A DNA stretch of 64,000 nt from Zygnema circumcarinatum SAG 698-1b. Lineage: Eukaryota; Plantae; Zygnematophyceae. The notes under the pieces are model-generated. The model had not been told where the DNA came from. It saw only the letters and a list, made by a program, of their open reading frames with translations, and did no database searches. The position numbers were made by a program, and so were the translations under genes. The stretch spans positions 1,984,001 to 2,048,000 of the forward strand of contig CM074808.1 of assembly GCA_037447605.1 (NCBI GenBank). The letters run 5' to 3'. Positions 39,562 through 52,724 of the stretch are shown piece after piece. Position 1 is the first letter of the stretch. Each line of letters opens with the position of its first letter.

Positions 39562-42500
39562 ATGGCTGTCCATAACTTGGCTCAGCCAACTCGTTACATT
39601 GCCAAGTCAGCTCTAAAAAGCTCGGTCGTTTTACAAGCCATCGTGGGCCACATTCGACATCCGGCTTCTGAAGACATTGTTTTTGGAAAAGTAAGTCTGT
39701 GCATAGCTGTGCAAGCCCGAACGTACAGCTTATAGCACTGTTGCCGCCCTTGTGGCTCATATGTGTTCTTGTTCATATTGTGTTCCCGCCTTGTTTTCTA
39801 CACCAACAGGGCAAGCTTTCATATGTTTTCAGAATTTATCCATTTTTCATGGTTGAGCATAAACTTCATGCCGGAAGGGGTTTCGCAAAGCGAAACACAA
39901 ATGCTAATTCGAGCATACTGATACAGACCCTTAGAATGCAAAGAATTAATTGTTGAATGTCAAAAGGCCCACCCTTCAGCAGTCTACTTCTAAGCTTAAA
40001 ATGCTTTTATGAAAATCTTTGTTTTAGTGGATCAATTTAAGGTTTCTCTATTCACATCAGTCCTCAAAGTTCATCATTTAACCTTTTGGTACTGTTAATG
40101 CATTGTACTGTGATGAAGCAAATGCACAAGTGATTGCTCAGACGAGACAGATGGTAACTGAATGCAGTAGTTTTGCTGTTGCTGAATGCAGGAAACAGCC
40201 ATTGAGCTTTTGACATTGGATAGCGATGACCAGTTGGAGTCGTTGCACGAACAGCTTGTCTTTGGAACAATCATAGATCTTAAACTCTTGCCTTGGAATG
40301 CAGAGTTCCGGTCCTCCAGTCCTCAGGCAAGTGCTGCAAGACTCTGTTGTTATGCTAAACTGGAATCTGGGAATGATGGCATTCACGTGTCTGTTGCATT
40401 TCATCGGACCCTTTGGAAGTTGAAAAAGGGTTAAAATGTACAGTCATGTGTAAAAGGGACAAGTTGTCAAAGAAGCTCCCAAAATTTGCGCAGGTACATG
40501 GAAAAGATTTGGTGGTGGTGCTGTCGGATTCTGGCAAACTGTCGTTTCTCACTTTCAGCATCGAGGCCCACAGGTTTGCCGTTCCTTCCGAACTTTTGTC
40601 GAGTGTTTTTGTGTTGGGCTTTATGCTTAACGGGAGGACGTTTTTTTTCCCGAGAATAGAAAATAGCTGTGGAACTGCAGTCAGCCATTCACCTAGAAAC
40701 CTTAATGTAGATTCAAGTTCTGGCTCCATGTCACTCTATCCCGGCTTCAATAACTAAACAGAAAAGTAGGGTGAAGAGCATAATGGCATTGAGACATATC
40801 TGTTGACCATCTGCAGATTCCTTGCATTGGTGCACATCAATGTGTCGTTCCCGGGATTGCCCAGAGAGTTGGGGCATCAGCTGGCCGTTGAGTGTAGGTG
40901 AGTGCCACATCTGTGTCTGCCACCTTCAGCAACGGTTCGCTTCAATCGTATTTCAAACTGCTCATTCTGAAACTCTGTGGCGTGAGATTTGCAATCTGCT
41001 GAAATACACTTTAACTGCTTAATTTGTCATCTATTTCCTGTTACCTCTCCCCATGATCGCCACTGAGTTCAATCTTGAAGGGTTCAGTATATCTGAACAC
41101 TGAAGTGCACTTGTAAAACATCTTTTTGCTTTGTTGCGTAGCCGTAACTCTTGGTTCTAAACTATGGCTTAAATTGGGCATATCTTATGGCAACGCTATC
41201 CCTCAATAAGCTTGCTTAAGGCTGAGCTCGCTTTCTTATTTATAAATGGATTCATTGTCTGAGCGGACAGGGGAAGGGCCATCGCAGTGGCTGGACTTGA
41301 AGATCGCATCGCCGTGTTTCCTGCCTCGTCTGAAGCAGGAACTAATTTTGTCGAAAAGGTTCTTTCACTTCACCACTGAATCATTGAGCAATGTATTCAG
41401 TTATTGGTGAGGTTCCCATACGAGAATGTTAGAGCTGACTGCTGCTTCAGTTGCATGATGCTCAGGAATAGCCTTGGGCATCTCTAGCCTAATGTCCTGC
41501 TCTGTAAAGAGTACCCCTCCTTGAAAGTATTCCCGGTCGAAACAGCCGATGCTATCATGACATGAGTGGTGGCTAAGAGTTTGAAGGAAGTGTGCAGGGT
41601 TTGCTTTACCCCCGGGGAGGTCCGCCGATGGGGATCGAAACCGCCACCTCCACTGCATTGGGAGCCATCTGGAGCATGGCGTTTGTGGACACGGACACAA
41701 CTGCTGACATCAGCAGCAACACTGCTGGGATGCATCACAAGTCTGCTTTGATACTCGCGATCCTTCTCCGCAGGTGATCCTCATGTGATTTCTTTCTTTT
41801 CTTTTTGAGCATTTTTTTTGCCATGAGATTCTGGGTGAATGCTGTTACCTTTTTCGCATAAATTGGCTTTGTAATACGGTCTTTGATGACGTTATCTGCC
41901 GGTGTCACACAATTGCAACGTTCCATAGACTCATGGTTGAAGTCAACCTGCCAAGGTAGGTTGAATTGTTGACGTTTCAAAGTCTTAGATGCATATCCCT
42001 GCAGAATTTCAATGTTTTTTGAATGTAGAGCGGTTAAACACTCAGATGCTTTTCCTCTTGAAGCCGTTGCGCTCGTATGCATTGCTTTCCCTTTCATCCC
42101 TAGTTTTTTATTCTTGTCGATGCATTAGCCGGTTTGCAAACCTTTGGGCAAACAAAGAGGAGGATCATACACATACTTATACTATCAAAGCAGAAACACT
42201 GAAGAGTCCCAGACTTTAACCCGTCTAAACTGGTGGGCCAGATCTAAGCTCACTGAATGAACCTCAACTTTGCAATAGTTCACCCACTACATGAAACAGA
42301 CACTTACATACGGTATTTAAGGTACCTAGCTCAATCAATATAAGGTACAACCTCGTTGACTTTGCGTGGGGAGGCAAAGGGCCTGTGCAGGCAAGGCGCC
42401 CTTGCCAGTGAGGTGCATGTGGTGGCCTGCAACGCAGCAGAGCGTGCCATTCAGCTGCGCTTCATATACCATTGCGATTCGGGGCCGGTTGCGGGCCCCC

Positions 42501-45500
42501 TGCCCTCCACTCTCATCTCTGTCCCCATGGTGGCAGGGGCCCTCCTGTTAGCACGGGCAGGGGACTTGGCTCTCCTTCATGTCAGCTTTTTTGGGAGCCC
42601 AAAGGTCCTTTCTCAGGCCTTTATTCCTCTGCAGGATAGGCAAGGTCCGTCGGCAAGCTCGAGTAAGGCAGCGAATCAGGAGGATTCTGCAGCTCGCAAG
42701 GGTGGAGGAAGTTATTTTCACAGTCAAAGTATGGTTGATGGTGAGCCAGGGAGTGAGCAAATGGATGGAAATGGGCGGCAAGAGAAAGAAGGCTTTGATT
42801 TGCTGCTAAAGGCTGCAGATGTGGAGGCAGGTCTGTACCATCCCCAAGCAGGGTTTGTCGAAGCAGCAGTACAAGAAGGAGAAGACATGGACGACCATGG
42901 GAGGGCAGGGATCACGAGTGCTGACCCTCCCATTATTGTTGCATGGAGCTGGGAAACTTCGCCCAAAACCAAAGGGCCATCAGTGCTTGTGGTGGCTACT
43001 GATGCGGGAGCCATTCACAGAGTTTATCTGTCGCAAGATGACGCTATGGCTGGGGTGAACATGGCTGAGAAAACACATATGAGGATTTTGCCGGCGTGCT
43101 ATCAAGGGGCAGCCTGCAGCTCCCTTCTGTGCCTGAGAGAAGGCCACGTGCTGGCCATCGGAGACATGGGAGATGGTCATTTGCTGCATGCTGAGTCGAA
43201 TGGGAGTCTTGCTCCCAAAAGTTCATTGCAGAATATTGCTCCGATATTTGACTTTGAGTTGGTGGACTACGACGGAGAGAAGCAGGACCAAATGGTTGCT
43301 TGCTGCGGAGCGAACAAGGAGGGCTCGCTCAGGACGATCCGCAACGCCATCAGCGTGGAGCAGCTGCTCGTGTCCCCTCCCACATTTCTGGGCATCACTG
43401 CCACGTGGCCCTTACGGATACGGCGATCTGACCCGTATCATTCACTGCTTGTGATGTCCTTTCTAGAGGAGGTGAGTAGGACAAGCTTGTTTTGGTTACT
43501 CTTACCGTTATCTTTGCACTCGCTTGCCAGAATGCACTTGTTATGAACATTGTAATTGTTATTGCCTTACCTCATAAAATGCACCTGTGGTGTGAGCAGA
43601 CTCGAGTACTTTCTGTCGGGCCAAGCTTCGATGACAGAACCGACACAACAGGCTTCAATTCCGGAGCATCCACTTTAGCTTGTGGCCGAGTGGAAGACGG
43701 CTGGCTAGTGCAGGTCTGTGCAGCAGAAATCCGGATTTGCGCGCCGGCAATAGAGAGCAATTCGCATGTCCCCTATGTCTCCTCGTGGGCCCCTCCCACT
43801 CTGGCAGAAGGAGGAGGCATCCGAGTTGGAGCAGTGGCTCAGGGAGTGATTCTTGTCGCTCTCTCACGCCTTGGTTCGCTGCTTCTCCTGGGAACAGAAC
43901 TGGGTTCTGATGGTTTACGCCATGTGCTAGAGCTACAGAAATGTCAGATAAATGCAGAAATCTCCTGCATTGCCATCCCCCAGGAGGAGAAGGATGAAGA
44001 GGAATTGCCCGAACGAGGTTCTGTGGACCCCACTAGTCAGATCGGAGTATCGACGAGGAGTTCAAGTTTTGTGGAGAATGGTGACCATGTCCTTGTGACC
44101 AGGGCCGGAGTTGGAAGGGTTTGTATAGTTGGAACTTATCAGCCGTCTGTGGAGATTTTGTCGCTTGTACCTGGGGAGGCTTTTCGCACGCTTGCAGTTG
44201 CTCCATTAGCCCAAACATCGCCTATCGGCCCTCCGCAGGGAGGGTGCATCCCGGAGAGTGTACAGTTGATACAGGTCGACCACCTCTACGTTTTAGTGGG
44301 TCTTCGCAATGGGATGCTGCTCCGTTACCAGTGGTCTGCCTCTGCTCTTCAAACCTCAAGTGTTCTGCGCAAGCACCCTGCTCCTATCAGTTCCAAATCT
44401 CCTTCAGCTATTCCACCATCTGGACCACTCTCAACTCCCTCTTTTATGCACCCATCAGCACAACCGACGATGGACGGGAGGACAGAGAGCCTTTTAACGT
44501 CCAGCAAAACCACAAGCCTAAGTGGGAACCGGGAGCGAGCAAACCTGCATCTTGTAGATGTCCGACGAATCGGAGTGTCCCCCGTGTCTTTGGTCCTATT
44601 GAAGACTTCCTTATGCTCCGATGTGGTAGCTTTAAGCGACAGGCCATGGCTTCTACAAGTAGTGCAGCATCGGCAGCGGATCGCGTACACGCCCATCTCT
44701 TTCCGCGCCTCGAGCCATGCAACGGCGCTCAGCTGTGCGGGATGTCCATTGGGCCTATTGTTTATCGCCGATTGCTGCTTGCATCTTGTAAAACCTCTCG
44801 CTCTTCCATAACCTCGCATAAAGCTGCCCTCCTGATCGCCTTCCAAGTAAATGGATACCGTAGTCTCAATGCAAGTTTCCTTTTCGCTCACTCTGTGCTC
44901 TTGTTAAGGGCATGCACTACTGGTTTACATTCTTGTCATCAAACAGAGAGTGCCTCAACTTCGTAGGGTCGTTTTTGATTTTCCAGGTGGAAATGGAGCA
45001 ATCCAAACGGCTGAGTGTGCAGCAAATTCCAGTGGGCCGCACCCCTCGGCACGTGGTCTACCATTCCGCATCGAAATCTCTCATCCTCATATGCGAATCC
45101 GTAGGGCAGCGCGGTGAACCTCCCGTGTGTGAGATCCGCTGCCTCGATCCTGTGGGGGGGCGGGTCCATTTTGTGTACAAATTGGACGCGGGGGAGCTCG
45201 CCCTCTCCATTCAACTATGGCAGCCCCGGGACGAGCAGCTTGTGGCTGTGGGCACCGGCCCATCGGCTGCCAGACCGTTCCTGCCGCATGACGCTGACGA
45301 GTCACTCAGGTACAGGGTCTCTGAGTGTTCTCCTGTAACTTGAATCATGCACTGATTTGAGCATTTGGGCACTTGCATTATATGAGTGCGGAGAAAGAGC
45401 TGCCTTTGGATGAAGGCAGCAACCTTCTGCAACATACTTGGATAGGGGTGCAGCATCCAAACATGCAAACTGGCAATAGGATCTCTGAGAAGTTTGATGT

Positions 45501-48488
45501 CCTGGTAACTCATAGTCCAGCTCAAGTCCAAAGACCATTTGGAGGACAAGCTCCAGTACTCCCTTTGCGCCTCTTGACAGCCCATTTTTTGCTGCAGAGG
45601 CCGACTGCTGATTTTTCGCGTTAAGTCGAAACTCTTCTCCGTTCGGTCAAGGAATGAGCCGGCTTCCCCTGCTCCCGAAGCCCCGCTTTCGGCCCTTTCG
45701 GGGCCTGGTAGCAGCTCTGCTGTTTCCTTGGGCACATTTGCAGCATCAGCATTGTCGTCCGAGCCCTCGCCCTCCTGGGGGTCATCTGGCCGGATGAAAG
45801 GAAACCTCGCTATGAGGGAGACATTTGAGGGTTGGTCTCGTGAAAGGTCGGAAGGCGTGGGCCACAACGTAGACAGAGAATTAACTCAAGAAGGGGAGGC
45901 AGAGAGAAGTAGGAATTCAGAAGAATCTGTACAGGCTGAAGGAAGCTGGGAATTACAACTGCACATTTCATTTCACCACGTATCGGGACCTGTCATGTGC
46001 CTATGCACCTATCTTGGAATCTATCTTCTGGCTGGTGCAGGCAATGCTGTAAGTAGTGTGCTTTTCGCCCATCTCCGTCATGCTCATTTGGTCATGAACG
46101 TCACAATTGCATCCTCGCGGTAGTTGTAGAAAAGATGGAGGAGGCTTAACGCTGCTTCGTCTGACTGTATACCGAAAGTTTTGCATTTGCGTGCTAAGAC
46201 AAATGTTAAGGTTCAAAGAATGACGGTTGCCGGATTGGTTGCAGTTGGTTGTATTGAGTATGGTTCAAGATGAGAATGGACGGCAGCGGCTGAAACGTAT
46301 GAGTAAAGCCATGACTCGATTTGGGATAACATGCATTTCGACTCACCTGACTCGAATCGCAGTCGGCGATTGCCGCGATGGAGTGCTGCTCTACGCCTAC
46401 CGCGAGGTGCCCATCTGCCCGAGCCCTTTGGAGACCCCACTTGATGCAACGGGGCTCTGAGCGAGCATACTTCTGATTCTGGGTACATTTTCAGTGGCCT
46501 AAGCCTCTCTCATTTTCAAGTGTGTTGCACTGCAAGGGCAGGATGCAGGCCTGCTCGAGCTGCTTCTGTGCGACCCCGCGCATCGCCTCGTGGCGGACTG
46601 CGCCCTCCTCGACCCGGACACAGCCATTGTGACGGACCGCTATGGCAATCTCTGCTCCCTCACTGCCTCTTCGGGGCCCGAAGGTACACACACAGCTCCT
46701 ATCTAAGTCAGCTTGTATGAGTTTTGACTTTCTTCCACCCTCTTGCCTCCGCTCATTTCTCTGCTTAAAGTCCTTCAGGGTCGTCTTAATCGTGGAAAAG
46801 GAGACTGAAAGGAAATATAAATTGATATCCTCAGGGGCCTTTTGTCGCGGTTGGGCACAGGGAGTCCAAACCCTGAACGTAATCTCGACATTGGCTGCTG
46901 GTTTCACATGGCTGAAATTGCTCCTCGCATCCGCAAGGTCTGTGGTTTGCAACTTTTTTTTTTGTTTTTTGGGGTACGAGAGCAATCTGTATCGGCCGTA
47001 TCATGTAGGTTTTCACAATGCGTTGGCCTGCGTGTGCATGAAGCACAGTCATGACCTGGCTCATCCTCTTCTGAGCCTGTGTATTGAGAAACCTCATGCC
47101 TATCTGGTGTGGGAAGCATGTCTTACCCTCCTTTCTCTCCGCATTTTGTCTCAAGGAAAGAAATTCTCCGCAGACCCCGTCTGTTTCTCTAGCTACTTCT
47201 TTAACTTCTGTCCCTCTATACGCATGCGGAAGTGAAGGGACTGAATTGGACAAGACTCTGTTCATAACTCTAATTCGTCATGCTGTCGCTCTCTGCAACC
47301 GTGCAGGGCTCTCTCGCTTATAGAGCGCCAATGGAGGACATGAGAGAAGAGCCGTACAAGAGCCTTTCTGCAGTGCGAGCGAGCAAGCAGTCCAGTGCTT
47401 CGACCGTCCTGGTTGCAGCCACCATGTTGGGCTCTGTCGTCTTCTTCCTGCGCTTGACACGGTATCGTTTTGGTTCTCTGTATTTCAGTACATGCCTTGC
47501 CCGAGTAGTGCTTTGCCAACTTGTGTGAGACAAACAGAGAATGTTTGACATAAGTCATTTAAGAAACTAAGTTCAACTAAATTTGACTAGACTTAGTCTT
47601 GGTTCCTAGAGTTTGCTGGGTTCGCCAGCGGCGATTCACAGCAGAGTGACTTGAAAAAATGGACCGTGATAAGTTTTGGAGTGTGCAAACGTAGAGAATT
47701 TGTTTGTTTTTAGGCTGGTCTTAGAACAACTACAGGTTCTAAAACTGACATGAGGAGCATTTTTGTTGTGAAAGGATGTTTCGGGTTACAGCATATTTTG
47801 GTTTTTACTCCCATGCCAGTTAATGCCTTCTATGGTTTAGATGAGATTCGTTGGTTGGTTGGCTAGCAATGCGGCGATTGAGCAAGAGGCGCGAAGCGCT
47901 ACTTAGTTCCGAAAACCGCTCTGCATGATTGAAACTATGGGAGAGCTTGTGGATGCAGGGAGGAGTACGAGCTTTTAGGAGCAGTTGAGCGGAGAGTGGC
48001 GGCCTATCACCTGACCTCACCGCTTCTCGGCAACGATCACGCTCGTTTTCGTTCCAGAGGCTCCCCTGTATGCAATTCATCATTCATGCGAGATTACCTT
48101 GTCATAAGTTTCTGACAATCCTTTCAGTTTTCTCGTGGTTTGCTATTGTTGGTCACACAAAACTCATTAACTATCACCTTGATCATCTTCAAGAAGGGGC
48201 TGCTGACTCCCCGTGTTGAGTCTGTGACTGCAGCCAGGAGTGGCCCGAGTGCTCGATGGAGACATGCTTGGGCAGTTCTTAGAGCTCACTATGGCCCAAC
48301 AGCAGATGGTGCTCTCTAAGCGTCTGAGCCGCCCCCTTGAGCCGGGCGAGGGGGGCGGAGGGATGGACTGCGGCAGCCGCCGCTGGCAGCGGCTCGCGTG
48401 GGAGGGGGGGGAGGAGGAGGAGGTGGCGGACCTCCCCCTTGAGACGGTGCTGCGTCTGCTGGAGAGAGTCCACCATTCCATAGGCTGA
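39562..48488 (+). CDS. SF3B3/SAP130/DDB1/CPSF-A family triple beta-propeller protein (At3g11960-like), about 16 exons; start may lie further upstream
   Basis: SSVVLQAIVGHIRHPASEDIVFGK|ETAIELL, GKDLVVVLSDSGKLSFL, QNIAPIFDF...EKQDQMVACCG...EGSLRTIRN, ALSDRPWLL, RIAVGDCRDGVL, RVLDGDMLGQFLELT. Confidence 0.92.
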
Positions 48489-49799
48489 CCTAATAAGGCA
48501 CACTGGGAGGAAGGGTGGGGGAAAAGGTCCTTTAGCTTTAGCCATTTTGCCTCTCGCTGTGATTGCCAGGCCAGAGGGCCACTCATGCTTGCGTGGCAGG
48601 TGAGAGAATAAGGAGGTGCGCTGGCTACTGGAGTGAGAGCGGTGCTGCACTCAGCAATGGCAGCCACACAAGTGCAGACCTCTCTCAGCTTGTAGATGAG
48701 GAGGTGCAGATGTACATACAGACGTCGTTTTGTACAGGGGACAGTGTTCAATTCATAGGCTCCTTCCGAAAAAAGAATTCCAGAAGCCGAAGCAAAACAC
48801 GTGCTGCACACTTCACTTTGCTGACGGAAGAAAGCCCAGTCTTCGCCCTCTTTTCTTTCCAATACTTGTTTGAATCCGCGGAGGCCAACACACAAGGCTG
48901 TCGGAATTTAACTTCCCAATAAACAAGATACCGCCAGCACGATTCTTTGCCGACCATTCAGCGCTGTAGTAGATTGGGAGCACGGGGAGTTCCATGCAAA
49001 AGTGGTCTTCTTGCATTCCAAAAATGAAAACATACCAAAGGCAGCTTTCACTTGTCACTCACAGAATTCGTCCCTTCCAGCCGGGGCTGCATGCAGCCCG
49101 CCGCTTTCCGCCTCAAGGGCGCGCGCTTCGACTGCTTCCTTTCCCTACTTTCATTGTCCTTTTTTCTTTGTCTAGGGTTTAGAGTTAGCCAGGCAGGCGC
49201 CATCTCTCAGGCTATAGCGGGCGGGCGGGCGTGACGCGGCGCTGACGCCATTTTTCGTCATTGGGCCGTTCGTAACCTCTGTAGGACCCTCTTTTGGTTG
49301 CGGAAAAAGCCGTTTTCAGCACGATTCGAAGGGCGTTTTCAGTAGCCTTCACTTGCGTTTTTCACAATTTTGTTGTCTGAAACCCCCTAATAACCTTGAA
49401 AAAAGACGTAGGGTTTTGCTCAAGGAGATGTTTCGAAATTAGTACTTTTAATTTCGCTTTCAAAATGTATAACGCGGGAGACAGGTACTAGTTCCGAACT
49501 CAACTGGTCCCTGGCACCGCGGGCAATCCCCGGAGGGGTTCAGCGCTCACCTCCGACTCCGAACCCTCGAATTCTTTTTCAAAAAAATTGGGCGCGAAAA
49601 AGCAACGCCGTACGGAGGGGTGGTAACCCGTACAGTACTTTTTACTGTACAGTACTGTACTGTACAGTACATGTGATTGGCCGTACGGTACGGTACCGTA
49701 CCGTACGGCGGTCCCAAAAGGAGTTCGGGCCCTGGCGCGCCACTGCTATGGCGGGCAGTCGCCTGCGCTGCGCGCGGGAGAGGGGGAGGGGCGAAGGCC

Positions 49800-51850
49800 A
49801 TGGCGGCCGTGCCCGACGACGACTATGACGAGGAGGACGAGGACGAGCTCGGTGCTCCTTTGCCAGCGAAGGCTCCGCCGCGCAGCGGGGGACACGCGGG
49901 GGCGGGAGGGGAGGCCTCGGCAGGCGCGAAGGCAGGGGCCAGCAAGGGAGGCAAGGGAAAATCCAAGCGTGCGACTGCCGCTGTGCAGAGCAAGAAAGGG
50001 AGCTCCAAGGCAGGGCAAGGAGGGGCGAAGAATCGGGGCAGCTTGGATGACCTTGCGGAGGAAGGCGAGGATGAGGTGAAAGAGGGCGTGGGGAAAGACG
50101 TCAACGATGAGACTGAAGTTCCAGGAACCGCTAAAGGCACGAACGCTTCAGGAAAAGAAGAGGAAGAGGATGAGGAAGAGGGGGACACTAACCTAGACCT
50201 TGATACGTCGAAGTTTCCCACCATGACCGGCCAACAGATGCAGTAAGTCTATGGACCTCTGCTTGCAAGTGATTCATTTCGCCGCAATTTCAGCCTAGTG
50301 AACGGCCCATGTATGTTTTCTGTCTTCGTTGTCAAAGGCCTACGGTTGGTAAGCATCCTTGTGCTTCAGGAGCTCACTTAAACCATGAACCTGCTGTTGC
50401 AAATCGCATAAGCATTCTTGGAGAACCTTGTCCTGACTGCATAAGGAAACCTGCTCGCAGGGCGGTTTTGGAGAAATTCACACCAGAGCAAATGAGCCGG
50501 TATGAGTGCTATCGGCGGTCCGGATTCCAGCGGAGCACAATGAAAAAGGTAAGTCGTATGCAATCATCCCTGATGCGCTTCAAATGTTCGAGTGCATCTG
50601 AAACTTAGGTGTGTCGAATGAAGTAAATCGAAATTGAGCTACATGGCACTAGTCCAAAAATATTTAATGTTTGGACATAGTATGGAAGACGATGATTGGA
50701 CTTTATGAGGCCTTCCCTGAGACTCCGTGTATCTACATTTGCATCTCAGGATGCATGAGGAGATTCTTTGCATAACTCTGATCGGCGAACAGGTCAGGTC
50801 TGGTATTGCCCACGTATAGCAAAGTGGTCTGGTGTTTCTTAGGAACTTGAGAGGCTTGCCCAAGGTCCTTGCGGCTTTTGTGGAGAACGATTTTCAAGGC
50901 GTTAGGTAGCCACCGAACAGCAGGATCACCAACAGCGAACTGAAGGGACTGAATGCTGAGCTTTAAAGCGCGTGACTGAGATGACGGAAGTATGGGCGCA
51001 CCTTTGTAGAGTTGTGGTGCTGACAAGTACACCTAGCAGATTTCTTAGTGCTGGCCATACCTTTCACGTTCGAGGTTTGAAGGGAACTTTTTTTTAAGAT
51101 TGGATACTCATGGTATGTCTTTCACCACGTCAAACTTGCTGTCATTTTGACGGTTTATGCAGGATACTACTGCACTTCGCATGGAATGAAGTCGCAATCC
51201 TCTGACCAGATTGCATGTATTGTCGTGGTGAGGGAGCAGTTCTTGCAGATTGTGGCAGGGTGCCCCGTAAATGTACAGATGGCCATCGTTATGTCAGGCA
51301 TAACAAAAATCTTCGTCGGCGAGTTAGTCGAGATGGGTAAGCAAGAGGGGCATTCTCTTTCTGGTCTTCTTTAATGTGACATTTTTTCACAAATTTGTTT
51401 GTAGTGTGCTTTGTTGCTATGTCAGCAAGCCAGGGATCCTCGCTGAAGCAGAGTAGGACTGTTGGTTGGTGAACGCTCATCTCTTTATACAGGCAGAGTA
51501 AGGCATGAGGGGACCATGCATTGGATGCTCGTCCTTTGCTGGTCCGATGAGATTGGTCTGAACTCTGCTTCCTCATTGTTTTGGTTAAGAGCATGTTCTT
51601 GTACCTCGGTCATGACTGTTCAACTGTAGGATCCCAGCAGAATACGAACTAACGTTTGAAACGTCGATCAACTGGCTTGAGTAACTTTTTGCTTGGCGGG
51701 TTTGGTGTGGGAAATTGAACAGCCCGAGTGGTCATGAGTGAAAGGGGCGATCATGGCCCCATTCGACCTTCGCACATGCGGGAGTCATACCGCCGACTCA
51801 AGCAGCAGGGCAAAGTGCCGCTGACAACGAAGCCCAGTTTGTTTCGCTAG
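49800..51850 (+). CDS. TAF11: TFIID subunit TAF11 (TAFII28 histone fold); exons 49800-50242, 50461-50548, 51240-51336, 51723-51850
   Basis: Acidic N-terminus, then MQ|AVLEKFTPEQMSRYECYRRSGFQRSTMKK|FLQ...IVMSGITKIFVGELVEM|ARVVMSERGDHGPIRPSHMRESYRRL. Confidence 0.96.
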
Positions 51851-52724
51851 CCTTTGCATGTGTTTCATACTAAAGCCTGCAGCTCGAAGTCGTTGGAATT
51901 TCTATTTTAGGCCTCTTTTTAGTTTTATGCCTAGACCGTGTAGAGAACCCAGAAGTTAATAAAGGGATGCCACTGTACATATGAAAGGTCTTGTTGATGG
52001 TCTCATTACGGTATTTTGAATGATCGGCTTAACCTTTTTAGCAGGCAAGGGTGTGCAATGGAAGCATGACGTCTCCTCGGGCTTGAATGTTTTCGTAGAA
52101 CGCCAAAAAGTATTTGTGCGACTGTACCGTACGGAAAAACTTGACTCTGTTGACCTTGTGTTGCTATGACAAGTCCGCGGCATGCCATGGCGTGTAACCT
52201 GGGGACGTTATCAGGGTGGGAACAAATGGATTCTGCTCTGCAAGACTTGTATGATCAACGAAGAGCATCCATGAATTGCAAGGACGTCTCCTCTAGCTAT
52301 GCAAAATTCATGTCCTGCTCTAATTGCTGTTCAACAAGCTCAAGAAATTCAATCTCGTTCCAGATGACAATCCAGCCAGAAGACAAAATCGTGGTGCCGA
52401 CCACAAGCCGGCTGATGAAGACATTCCTGCTCCCTCCACACATTCATTCAGCCCTTGTTGCTGCCCCATTCGACCATGCACACGAGTGCAAGTCCTTGGA
52501 GCTATCTCTTACCATTCCTCCCCTTCTCCCCAGTGCTTGCTTGCGCTGCCTCTCCTCTCTCCTGCCCATCCATGAATCCTTCCCTTGCAAGCCTTCTCCT
52601 GTCGCCCCTGCTTCCCGCGCCTCACGTCATATCACGTCACGTCACGGGGGGTGGTAGCAGGCGGCGAGTCCCCGCGCAGACCGTCCAGGCAGGACTCGCC
52701 GGGGAGGGGAGGGAAGGTTAGGCC

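Noticed and set aside
47462-47958. Intron starting GTATCGTTT as a second U12-type intron
   Set aside because: The donor mismatches the TATCCT core and there is no TCCTTRAC branch point near the acceptor.
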